Source of the DNA: Azolla caroliniana | Lineage: Eukaryota; Plantae; Polypodiophyta | Assembly: GCA_043228905.1 (NCBI GenBank) | Contig: JBHGNT010000042.1 | Coordinates: forward strand, 124,001-188,000 | DNA: 64,000 bases | Reading direction: 5' to 3' | Part shown: one piece after another, positions 1-12,779 of the stretch | Position numbering within the stretch: position 1 is the stretch's first letter | How the letters are laid out: every line of letters begins with the position of its first letter | Position numbers and translations under genes: made by a program | Notes under the pieces: generated by a model | Database searches by the model: none | The model's input: only the letters and a program-made list of their open reading frames with translations | Told to the model about the DNA's origin: nothing

Positions 1-1699
1 TGGCTCGTGTGATATCGGATTTTTGCGTTTAAACATGCGAATCGAAGCTAACAACGCTATCTCTAATATGGAATTAAAAAATCAAGATTTTAAACTCAGG
101 TCAACAGACATGAATAAATTAGCAAATTTGAGGAGGTAGTGGAGAAGATCGCGTTAGTAAATTAATATGTTCATACCTGGCTCGTGTGATATCGGATTTT
201 TGTGTTTAAACATGCGAATCGAAGCTAACAACGCTAGCTCTAATATGGAATTAAAAAATCAAGATTTTGAAACTCAGGTCAAGAGACATGAAGAAATTAG
301 CAAATTTGAGGAGGTAGTGGAGAAGAGCGCGTTAGTAAATTAAAATGTTCATACCTGGCTCGTGTGATATCAGATTTTTATGTTTAAGCATGCGAATCGA
401 AGCTAACACCGCGAGCTCTAATATGGAATTAAAAAATCAAGATTTTGAAACTCAGGTCGAGAGACATGAAGAAATTAGCATATTTGAGGAGGTAGTGGAG
501 AAGAGTGCGTTAGTAAATTAAAATGTTCATACCTGGCTCGTGTGATATCGGATTTCTGTGTTTAAACATGCGAATCGAAGCTAACAACGCTAGCTCTGAT
601 ATGGAATGAAAAAATCAAGATTTTGAAACTCAGGTCGGGAGACATGAATAAATTAGCAAATTTGAGGCGGTAGTTGACAAGAGCAACTAGGTAAATTAAA
701 ATGTTCATACCTGGCTCCTGTGATATCGGATTTCTGTGTTCAAACATGCGAATCGAAGCTAATAACGCTATCTCTAATATGGAATTAAAAAATGAAGATT
801 TTGAAACTCAGGTCGACAGACATGAAGAAATTTGCAAATTTGAGGTGGTAGTGGAGAAGATCGTGTTAGTAAATTAGAATGTTCATACCTAGCTCGTCTG
901 ATATCGGATTTCTGTATTCAAACATGCGAATCGAAGCTAACAACGCTAGCTATGATATGGAATTAAAAAATCAAAAATTTGAAACTCAGGTCGAGAGACA
1001 TGAAGAAATTAGAAAATTTTAGGAGGGAGTTTAGAAGAGCGCGTTAGTAAATTAAAATGTTCATACCTGGCTTCTGTGATATTGAATTTCTGTGTTCAAA
1101 CATGCGAATCGAAGCTAACAACGCTTGCTATAATATGGTATTAAAAAATCAAGATTTTGAAACTCAGGTCGAGAGACATGAAGAAATTAGCAAATTTGAG
1201 GCGGGAGTTGACAAGACCAAGTAGGTAAATTAAAATGTTCATACCTGGCTCGTGTGATATCCGATTTCTGTGTTTAAAAATGCGAATCGAAGCTAACAAT
1301 GCTAGCTCTAATATGGAATTAAAAAATCGAGATTTTCAAACTCAGATCGAGAGACATGACGAAATCAGCAAACATGAGGAGGGAGTTTAGAAGAGGATGT
1401 TAGTAAATTAAAATGCTCATACCTGGCTTCTTAGATATTGGATATCTGTGTTTAGACATGCGAATCGAAGTTAACAACGCTTGCTATAACATGGAATTTA
1501 AAAATCAAGATTTTGAAACTCAGGTCGAGAGACATGAATAAATTAGCAAATTTGAGGCGGGAGTTGACAAGAGCAACTAGGTAAATTAAAATGTTCATAC
1601 CTGGCTCCTGTGATATCGGATTTCTGTGTTCAAACATGCAAATCGAAGCTAATAACGCTATCTCTAATATGGAATTAAAAAATCAAGATTTTGAAACTC

Positions 1700-4600
1700 A
1701 GGTCGAGAGACATGAAGAAATTAGCAAATTTGAGGCGGGAGTTGACAAGACAAGGTAGGTAAATTAAAAAGTTCATACCTGGCTCGTGTGATATCTGATT
1801 TCTGTGTTTAAAAATGCGAATTAAAGCTAACAACGCTAGCTCTAATATGGAATTAAAAAAACGAGATTTTGAAAGTCAGGGCGAGAGACATGAAGAAATT
1901 AGCAAATTTGTGGAGGGAGTTTAGAAGAGGGCGTTAGTAAATTAAAATGCTCATACCTAGCTTCTGTGATATCGGATTTCTGTGTTTAAACATGCGAATC
2001 AAAGCTAACAACGCTAGCTCAAATATGGAAGTAAAAAATCAAGATTTTGAAACTCAGGTCGAGAGACATGAATAAATTAGCAAATTTGAGGCGGGAGTTG
2101 ACAAGAGCAACTAGGTAAATTAAAATGTTCATACCTGGCTCCTGTGATATCGGATTTCTGTGTTCAAAAATGCGAATCGAAGCTAATAACGCTATCTCTA
2201 ATATGGAATTAAAAAATGAAGATTTTGAAACTCAGGTCGACAGACATGAAGAAATTAGCAAATTTGAGTAGGTAGTGGAGAAGATCGCGTTAGTAAATTA
2301 AAATGTTCATACCTGGCTCGTGTGATATCGGATTTTTGTGTTGAAACATGCGAATCGAAGCTAATAACGCTATCTCTAATATGGAATAAAAAAATCAAGA
2401 TTTTGAAACTCAGGTTGAGAGACATGAAGAAATTAGCAAATTTGAGGAGGTAGTGGAGAAGAGCGCGTTAGTAAATTGAAATGTTCATACCTGGTGACTG
2501 TGATATCGGATTTCTGTGTTTAAACATGCGAATCGAAGCTAACAACGCTAGCTCTAATATGGAATTAAAAAATATAGATTTTGAAACTCAGGTCGAGAGA
2601 CATGAAGAAATTAGCAAATTTGAGGCTGGAGTTGACAAGAACAAGTAGGTAAATTAAAAAGTTCATACCTGGCTCGTGTGATATCCGATTTCTGTGTTTA
2701 AACATGCGAATCGAAGCTAACAACGCTAGCTCTAATATGGAATGAAAAAATCAAGATTTTGAAACTCAGGTTGACAGACATGAAGAAATTAGCAAATATG
2801 AGGAGGGAGTTTAGAAGAGCAAGTAGGTAAATTAAAATGTTCATATCTAGCTCGTGTGATATCGGATTTTTGTGTTTAAACATGCGAATCGAATCCAACA
2901 ACGCTAGCTCTAATATGGAATTAAAAAATCAAGATTTTGAAACGCAGGTCGAGAGACATGAAGAAATTAGCAAATTTGAGGAGGTAGTGGAGAAGAGCGC
3001 GTTAGTAAATTAAAATGTTCATACCTGGCTCGTGTGATATCGGATTTCTGTGTTCAAACATGCGAATCGAAGCTAACAACGTTGGCTCTGATATGGAAGG
3101 AAAAAATCAAGATTTTGAACTCAGGTCCAGAGACATGAAGAAATTAGCAAATTTCAGGAGGGAGTTCACAAGAGCAACTAGGTAAATTAAAATGTTCATA
3201 CCTGGCTCCTGTGATATCGGATTTCTGTGTTTAAACATGCGAATCGAAGCAGATAACGCTAGCTCTGATATGGAATTAAAAAATCAAGATTTTGAAACTC
3301 AGGTCGACAGACATGAAGAAATTTGCAAATTTAAGGAGGTAGTGGAGAAGAGCGCGTTAGTAAATTAAAATGTTCATACGTGGCTCGTGTGATATCGGAT
3401 TCTTATGTTTAAGCATGCAAATCGAAGCTAATAATGCTATCTCTGATATGAAATTAAAAAATCAAGATTTTGAAACTCAGGTCGACAGACATGAAGAAAT
3501 TAGCAAATTTGAGTAGGTAGTGGAGAAGGGCGCGTTAGTAAACTAAAATGTTCATACCTGGCTTCTGTGATATTGGATTTCTGTGTTCAAACATGCGAAT
3601 CGAAATTAACATCGGTTGCTTTAATATGGAATAAAAAAATCAAGATATTGAAACTCAGGTCGAGAGACATGAATAAATTAGCAAATTTGAGGCGGGAGTT
3701 GACAAGAGCAACTAGGGAAATTAAAATGTTCATACCTGGTTCGTGTGATATCGGATTTTTGTGTTCAAACATGCGAATCGAAGCTAATAATTGTATCTCT
3801 AATATGGAATTAAAAAATCAGGTCGAGAGACATGAAGAAATTAGCAAATTTGAGGAGGTAGTGGACAAGATCGCGTTAGTAAATTAAAATATTCATACCT
3901 AGCTCGTCTGATATCGGATTTTTGTGTTTAAACATGTGAATCGAAGCTAATAATGCTATCTCTAATATGGAATAAAAAAATTAAGATTTTGAAACTCAAG
4001 TCGAGAGACATGAATAAATTAGCAAATTTGAGGCGGGAGTTGACAAGAGCAACTAGGTAAATTAAAATGTTCATACCTGGCTCGTGTGATATCGGATTTC
4101 GTTGTTCAAACATGCGAATCGAAGCTAATAACGCTATCTCTAATATGGAATTAAAAAATCAAGATTTTGAAACAAAGGTCGACAGACATGAAGAAATTCG
4201 CAAATTTGAGGAGGTAGTGGAGAAGATCGCGTTAGAAAATTAAAATGTTCATACCTGGCTCGTGTGATATCGGATTTCTGTGTTCAAACATGCGAATCGA
4301 AGATAACAATGCTAGCTCTCATATGGAATTAAAAAATCAAAAATTTAAATTGAGGTCGAGAGACATGAAGAAATTAGCAAATTTGAGGAGGTAGTGGAGA
4401 AAAGCGCGTTAGTAAATTAAAATGTTCATACCTGGCTCGTGTGATATCGGATTTCGGTGTTCAAACATGCGAATCGAAGCTAACAACGCTAGCTATAATA
4501 TGGAATTAAAAAATCAAGATTTTGTAACTCAGGTCGAGAGACATGAAGAAATTAGCAAATTTGAGGAGGAAGTGGAGAAGAGCGCGTTAGTAAATTAAAA

Positions 4601-6590
4601 TGTTCATATCTGGCTCGTGTGATATCGGATTTCTGTATTCAAACATGTGAATCGAAGCTAACAACGCTAGCTCTGATATGGAATTAAAAAATCAAAATTT
4701 TGAAACTCAGGTCGAGAGACATGAAGAAATTAGAAAATTTTAGGAGGGAGTTTAGAAGAGCGCGTTAGTAAATTAAAATGTTCATACCTGGCTTCTGTGA
4801 TATTCGATTTCTGTGTTCAAACATGCGAATCGAAGCTAATCACGCTATCTCTAATATGGAATTAAAAAATGAAGATTTGAAACTCAGGTCAACAGACATG
4901 AAGAAATATGGAAGCTAACAACGCTTGCTATAATATGGAATTAAAAAATCAAGATTTTGAAACTCAGGTCGAGAGACATGAAGAAATTAGCAAATTTGAG
5001 GTGGGAGTTCACATGACAAGGTAGGTAAATTAAAAAGTTCATACCTGGCTCGTGTGATATCGGATTTTTATGTTTAAACATTCGAATCGAAGCTAATAAT
5101 GCTATCTCTAATATGAAAATAAAAAATCAAGATTTTGAAACTCAGGTCGAGAGACATGAAGAAATTAGCAAATTTGAGGAGGGAGTTTAGAAGAGCGCGT
5201 TAGTAAATTAAAATGTTCATACCTAGCTTCTGTGACATTGGATTTCTGTGTTCAAACATGCGAATCGAAGTTAACAACGCTTGCTATAATATGGAGTAAA
5301 AAAATCAAGACTTTGAAACTCAGGTCGAGAGACATGAATAAATTAGCAAATTTGAGGCGGGAGTAGACAAGAGCAACTAGGTAAATTAAAATGTTCATGC
5401 CTGGCTCCTGTGATATCGGATTTGTGTGTTCAAACCTGCGAATCGAAGCTAATAACGCTAGCTCTGATATGGAATTAAAAAATCAAGATTTTGAAACTCA
5501 CCTCGAGAGAGATGAAGAAATTAGCAAATTTGAGGAGGTAGTGGAGAAGAGCGCGTTAGTAAATTAAAATGTTCATACCTGGCTCGTGTGATATCGGATT
5601 TCTGTGTTTAAAAATGCGAATCGAAGCTAACAACGCTAGCTCTAATACGGAATTAAAAAATCAAGATTTTGAAAGTCAGCTCGAGAGACATGAAGAAATT
5701 AGCAAATTTGAGGAGGTAGTAGAGAAGAGCGCGTTAGTAAATTAAAATGTTCATAACTGGCTCGTGTGATATCGGATTTCTGTGTTTAAAAATGCGAATC
5801 GAAGCTAAGAACGTTAGCTCTAATATGGAATTAAAAAATCAAGATTTTGAAACTCACCTCGAGAGAGATGAAGAAATTAGCAAATTTGAGGAGGTAGTGG
5901 AGAAGATCGCGCTAGTAAACTAAAATGTTCATACCTGGCTCGTGTGATATTGGATTTCTGTGTTTAAAAATGCGAATCGAAGCTAACAACGCGAGCTGTA
6001 ATATGAAATTAAAAAATCAAGATTTTGAAACTCAGGTCGAGAGACATGAAGAAATTAGCATATTTGAGGAGGTAGTGGAGAAGAGCGCGTTAGTAAATTA
6101 AAATGTTCATACCTGGCTCGTGTGATATCGGATTTCTGTGTTTAAACATGCGAATCGAAGCTAACAACGCTACCTCTGATATGGAATGAAAAAATCAAGA
6201 TTTTGAAACTCAGGTCGAGAGACATGAATAAATTAGCAAATTTGAGGCGGGAGTGGACAAGAGCAACTAGGTAAATTAAAATGTTCATACCTGGCTCCTG
6301 TGATATCGGATTTCTGTGTTCAAACATGCGAATCGAAGCTAATAACGCTAGCTCTAATATGGAATTAAAAAATCAAGATTTTGAAACTCACCTCGAGAGA
6401 CATGAAGAAATTAGCATATATTGAGGTGGTAGTGGAGAAGAGCGCGTTAGTAAATTAAAATGTTCATACCTGGCTCGTGTGATATCGGATTTCTGTGTTC
6501 AAACATGCGAATCGAAGATAACAATGCTAGCTCTCATATGCAATTAAAAAATCAAAATTTTAAATTCAGGTCGAGAGACATGAAGAAATT
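1700..6590. repeat. Copy 1 of a ~4.8-kb duplicated satellite block (partner ~12780-17490)
   Basis: Private variants are shared at offset 11077 (GACAAGACAAGGTAGG at 1744/12821; ORFs 2698/13775) and then at offset 10900 (ORFs 3567/14467, 3928/14828, 6142/17042; 15-bp deletion; 79-bp truncated monomer). Confidence 0.85.
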
Positions 6591-9500
6591 AGCAAATTTG
6601 AGGAGGTAGTGGAGAAAAGCGCGTTAGTAAACTAAAAAGTTCATACCTGGCTCGTGTGATATCGGATTTCTGTGTTCAAACATGGGAATCGAAGCTAACA
6701 ACGCTAGCTATGATATGGAATTAAAAAATCAAGATTTCGTAACTCAGGTCGAGAGACATGAAGAAATTAGCAAATTTAAGGAGGAAGTGGAGAAGAGCGC
6801 GTTAGTAAATTAAAATGTTCATATCTGGCTCGTGTGATATCGGATTTCTGTATTCAAACATGCGAATCGAAGCTAACAACGCTAGCTATGATATGGAATT
6901 AAAAAATCAAAATTTTGAAACTCAGGTCGAGAGACATGAAGAAATTAGAAAATTTTAGGAGGGAGTTTAGAAGAGCGCGTTAGTAAATTAAAATGTTCAT
7001 ACCTGGCTTCTTAGATATTGAATTTCTGTGTTCAAACATGCGAATCGAAGCTAACAACGCTTGCTATAATATGGTATTAAAAAATCAAGATTTTGAAACT
7101 CAGGTCGAGAGACATGAAGAAATTAGCAAATTTGAGGCGGGAGTTGACAAGACCAAGTAGGTAAATTAAAATGTTCATACCTGGCTCTTGTGATATCGGA
7201 TTTCTGTGTTTAAACATGCGAATCGAAGCTAATAACGCTAGCTCTAATATGGAATTAAAAAATCAAGATTTTGAAACTCAGGTCGAGAGACATGAAGAAA
7301 TTAGCAAATTTGAGGCGGGAGTTGACAAGACCAAGTAGGTAAATTAAAATGTTCATACCTGGCTCGTGTGATATCCGATTTCTGTGTTTAAAAATGCGAA
7401 TCGAAGCTAACAACGCTAGCTCTAATATGGAATTAAAAAAACGAGATTTTGAAACTCAGGTCGAGAGACATGAAGAAATTAGCAAATTTGTGGAGGGAGT
7501 TTAGAAGAGGGCGTTAGTAAATTAAAATGCTCATACCTGGCTTCTGTGATATTGAATTTCTGTGTTCAGACATGCGAATCGAAGTTAACAACGCTTGCTA
7601 TAATATAGAATAAAAAAATCAAGATTTTGAAACTCAGGTCGAGAGACATGAATAAATTAGCAAATTTCAGGCGGTAGTTGACAAGAGCAACTCGGTAAAT
7701 TAAAATGTTCATACCTGGCTCCTGTGATATCGGATTTCTGTGTTCAAACATGTGAATCGAAGCTAATAACGCTATCTCTAATATGGAATTAAAAAATGAA
7801 GATTTTGAAACTCAGGTCGACAGACATGAAGAAATTAGCAAATTTGAGGCGGTTGTGGAGAAGATCGTGTTAGTAAATTAGAATGTTCATACCTAGCTCG
7901 TCTGATATCGGATTTTTGTGTTCAAACATGCGAATCGAAGCTAACAACGCTAGCTATAATATGGAATTAAAAAATCAAGATTTTGTAACTCAGGTCGAGA
8001 GACATGAAGAAATTAGCAAATTTGAGGAGGAAGTGGAGAAGAGCGCGTTAGTAAATTAAAATGTTCATATCTGGCTCGTGTGATATCGGATTTCTGTATT
8101 CAAACATGCGAATCGAAGCTAACAACGCTAGCTCTGATATGGAATTAAAAAATCAAAATTTTGAAACTCAGGTCGAGAGACATGAAGAAATTAGAAAATT
8201 TTAGGAGGGAGTTTAGAAGAGCGCGTTAGTAAATTAAAATGTTCATACCTGGCTTCTGTGATATTCGATTTCTGTGTTCAAACATGCGAATCGAATCTAA
8301 TCACACTATCTCTAATATGGAATTAAAAAATGAAGATTTGAAACTCAGGTCAACAGACATGAAGAAATATGGAAGCTAACAACGCTTGCTATAATATGGA
8401 ATTAAAAAATCAAGATTTTGAAACTCAGGTCGAGAGACATGAAGAAATTAGCAAATTTGAGGCGGGAGTTCACATGACAAGGTAGGTAAATTAAAAAGTT
8501 CATACCTGGCTCGTGTGATATCGGATTTTTATGTTTAAACATTCGAATCGAAGCTAATAATGCTATCTCTAATATGAAAATAAAAAATCAAGATTTTGAA
8601 ACTCAGGTCGAGAGACATGAAGAAATTAGCAAATTTGAGGAGGGAGTTTAGAAGAGCGCGTTAGTAAATTAAAATGTTCATACCTAGCTTCTGTGACATT
8701 GGATTTCTGTGTTCAAACATGCGAATCGAAGTTAACAACGCTTGCTATAATATGGAGTAAAAAAATCAAGACTTTGAAACTCAGGTCGAGAGACATGAAT
8801 AAATTAGCAAATTTGAGGCGGGAGTAGACAAGAGCAACTAGGTAAATTAAAATGTTCATGCCTGGCTCCTGTGATATCGGATTTGTGTGTTCAAACCTGC
8901 GAATCGAAGCTAATAACGCTAGCTCTGATATGGAATTAAAAAATCAAGATTTTGAAACTCACCTCGAGAGAGATGAAGAAATTAGCAAATTTGAGGAGGT
9001 AGTGGAGAAGAGCGCGTTAGTAAATTAAAATGTTCATACCTGGCTCGTGTGATATCGGATTTCTGTGTTTAAAAATGCGAATCGAAGCTAACAACGCTAG
9101 CTCTAATACGGAATTAAAAAATCAAGATTTTGAAAGTCAGCTCGAGAGACATGAAGAAATTAGCAAATTTGAGGAGGTAGTAGAGAAGAGCGCGTTAGTA
9201 AATTAAAATGTTCATAACTGGCTCGTGTGATATCGGATTTCTGTGTTTAAAAATGCGAATCGAAGCTAAGAACGTTAGCTCTAATATGGAATTAAAAAAT
9301 CAAGATTTTGAAACTCACCTCGAGAGAGATGAAGAAATTAGCAAATTTGAGGAGGTAGTGGAGAAGATCGCGCTAGTAAACTAAAATGTTCATACCTGGC
9401 TCGTGTGATATTGGATTTCTGTGTTTAAAAATGCGAATCGAAGCTAACAACGCGAGCTGTAATATGAAATTAAAAAATCAAGATTTTGAAACTCAGGTCG

Positions 9501-11350
9501 AGAGACATGAAGAAATTAGCATATTTGAGGAGGTAGTGGAGAAGAGCGCGTTAGTAAATTAAAATGTTCATACCTGGCTCGTGTGATATCGGATTTCTGT
9601 GTTTAAACATGCGAATCGAAGCTAACAACGCTACCTCTGATATGGAATGAAAAAATCAAGATTTTGAAACTCAGGTCGAGAGACATGAATAAATTAGCAA
9701 ATTTGAGGCGGGAGTGGACAAGAGCAACTAGGTAAATTAAAATGTTCATACCTGGCTCCTGTGATATCGGATTTCTGTGTTCAAACATGCGAATCGAAGC
9801 TAATAACGCTAGCTCTAATATGGAATTAAAAAATCAAGATTTTGAAACTCACCTCGAGAGACATGAAGAAATTAGCATATATTGAGGTGGTAGTGGAGAA
9901 GAGCGCGTTAGTAAATTAAAATGTTCATACCTGGCTCGTGTGATATCGGATTTCTGTGTTCAAACATGCGAATCGAAGATAACAATGCTAGCTCTCATAT
10001 GCAATTAAAAAATCAAAATTTTAAATTCAGGTCGAGAGACATGAAGAAATTAGCAAATTTGAGGAGGTAGTGGAGAAAAGCGCGTTAGTAAACTAAAAAG
10101 TTCATACCTGGCTCGTGTGATATCGGATTTCTGTGTTCAAACATGGGAATCGAAGCTAACAAAGCTAGCTATGATATGGAATTAAAAATTCAAGATTTCG
10201 TAACTCAGGTCGAGAGACATGAAGAAATTAGCAAATTTAAGGAGGAAGTGGAGAAGAGCGCGTTAGTAAATTAAAATGTTCATATCTGGCTCGTGTGATA
10301 TCGGATTTCTGTATTCAAACATGCGAATCGAAGCTAACAACGCTAGCTATGATATGGAATTAAAAAATCAAAATTTTGAAACTCAGGTCGAGAGACATGA
10401 AGAAATTAGAAAATTTTAGGAGGGAGTTTAGAAGAGCGCGTTAGTAAATTAAAATGTTCATACCTGGCTTCTTAGATATTGAATTTCTGTGTTCAAACAT
10501 GCGAATCGAAGCTAACAACGCTTGCTATAATATGGTATTAAAAAATCAAGATTTTGAAACTCAGGTCGAGAGACATGAAGAAATTAGCAAATTTGAGGCG
10601 GGAGTTGACAAGACCAAGTAGGTAAATTAAAATGTTCATACCTGGCTCCTGTGATATCGGATTTCTGTGTTTAAACATGCGAATCGAAGCTAATAACGCT
10701 AGCTCTAATATGGAATTAAAAAATCAAGATTTTGAAACTCAGGTCGAGAGACATGAAGAAATTAGCAAACATGAGGAGGGAGTTTAGAAGAGGATGTTAG
10801 TAAATTAAAATGTTCATACCTGGCTCGTGTGATATCCGATTTCTGTGTTTAAAAATGCGAATCGAAGCTAACAACGCTAGCTCTAATATGGAATTAAAAA
10901 AACGAGATTTTGAAACTCAGGTCGAGAGACATGAAGAAATTAGCAAATTTGTGGAGGGAGTTTAGAAGAGGGCGTTAGTAAATTAAAATGCTCATACCTG
11001 GCTTCTGTGATATTGAATTTCTGTGTTCAGACATGCGAATCGAAGTTAACAACGCTTGCTATAATATAGAATAAAAAAATCAAGATTTTGAAACTCAGGT
11101 CGAGAGACATGAATAAATTAGCAAATTTCAGGCGGTAGTTGACAAGAGCAACTCGGTAAATTAAAATGTTCATACCTGGCTCCTGTGATATCGGATTTCT
11201 GTGTTCAAACATGTGAATCGAAGCTAATAACGCTATCTCTAATATGGAATTAAAAAATGAAGATTTTGAAACTCAGGTCAACAGACATGAAGAAATTAGC
11301 AAATTTGAGGCGGTAGTGGAGAAGATCGCGTTAGTAAATTAGAATGTTCA
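4460..11350. repeat. Tandem duplication, unit 3461 bp (19 x 178 plus one 79-bp truncated monomer), 2 near-identical copies
   Basis: ORFs 6142/9603 and 7566/11027 are identical and 3461 apart. The truncated-monomer junction GAAGAAATATGGAAGCTA has GAAGCTA at 4911 and 8372. Confidence 0.9.
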
Positions 11351-12779
11351 TACCTGGCTCGTGTGATATCGGATTTTTGTGTTGAAACATGCGAATCGAA
11401 GCTAATAACGCTATCTCAAATATGGGATAAAAAAATCAAGATTTTGAAACTCAGGTCGAGAGACATGAATAAATTAGCAAATTTGAGGCGGGAGTGGACA
11501 AGAGCAACTAGGTAAATTAAAATGTTCATACGTGGCTCCTGTGATATCGGATTTCTGTGTTCAAACATGCGAATCGAAGCTAATAACGCTATCTCTAATA
11601 TGGAATTAAAACATGAAGATTTTAAAACTAAGGTCGACAGACATGAAGAAATTAGCAAATTTGAGGAGGTAGTGGAGAAGATCGCGTTAGTAAATTAAAA
11701 TATTCATACCTAGCTCGTCTGATATCGGATTTTTGTGTTTAAACATGTGAATCGAAGCTAATAATGCTATCTCTAATATGGAATAAAAAAATTAAGATTT
11801 TGAAACTCAAGTCGAGAGACATGAATAAATTTGCAAATTTGAGGCGGGAGTTGACAAGAGCAACTAGGTAAATTAAAATGTTCATACCTGGCTCCTGTGA
11901 TATCGGATTTCTGTGTTCAAACATGCGAATGGAAGCTAATAACGCTATCTCTAACATGGAATTAAAAAATCAAGATTTTGAAACAAAGGTCGACAGACAT
12001 GAAGTAATTCGCAAATTTGAGGAGGTAGTGGAGAAGATCGCGTTAGAAAATTAAAATGTTCATACCTGGCTCGTGTGATATCGAATTTCTGTGTTCAAAC
12101 ATGCGAATCGAAGATAACAATGCTAGCTCTCATATGGAATTAAAAAATCCAAATTTTAAATTCAGGTCGAGAGACATGAAGAAATTAGCAAATTTGAGGA
12201 GGTAGTGGAGAAAAGCGCGTTAGTAAATTAAAATGTTCATACCTGGCTCGTGTGATATCGGATTTCTGTGTTCAAACATGCGAATCGAAGCTAACAACGC
12301 TAGCTATGATATGGAATTAAAAAATCAAGATTTTGTAACTCAGGTCGAGAGACATGAAGAAATTAGCAAATTTGAGGAGGAAGTGGAGAAGAGCGCGTTA
12401 GTAAATTAAAACGTTCATATCTGGCTCGTGTGATATCGGATTTCTGTATTCAAACATGCGAATCGAAGCTAACAACGCTAGCTATGATATGGAATTAAAA
12501 AATCAAAATTTTGAAACTCAGGTCGAGAGACATGAAGAAATTAGAAAATTTTAGGAGGGAGATTAGAAGAGCGCGTTAGTAAATTAAAATGTTCATACCT
12601 GGCTTCTGTGATATTCGATTTCTGTGTTCAAACATGCGAATCGAAGCTAATCACGCTATCTCTAATATGGAATTAAAAAATGAAGATTTGAAACTCAGGT
12701 CAACAGACATGAAGAAATATGGAAGCTAACAACGCTTGCTATAATATCGAATTAAAAAATCAAGATTTTGAAACTCAGG

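Noticed and set aside
1-178. Identity with Arabidopsis CEN178/CEN180 or primate alpha satellite
   Set aside because: Only the length is similar. I see no resemblance to those consensus sequences as I recall them and no CENP-B box. A database search is needed for a real assignment.
249-345. Possible ancestral 89-bp half-monomer (AATTAAAA at 249 and 338, exactly 89 apart)
   Set aside because: Similarity does not extend convincingly beyond this low-complexity 8-mer by eye.
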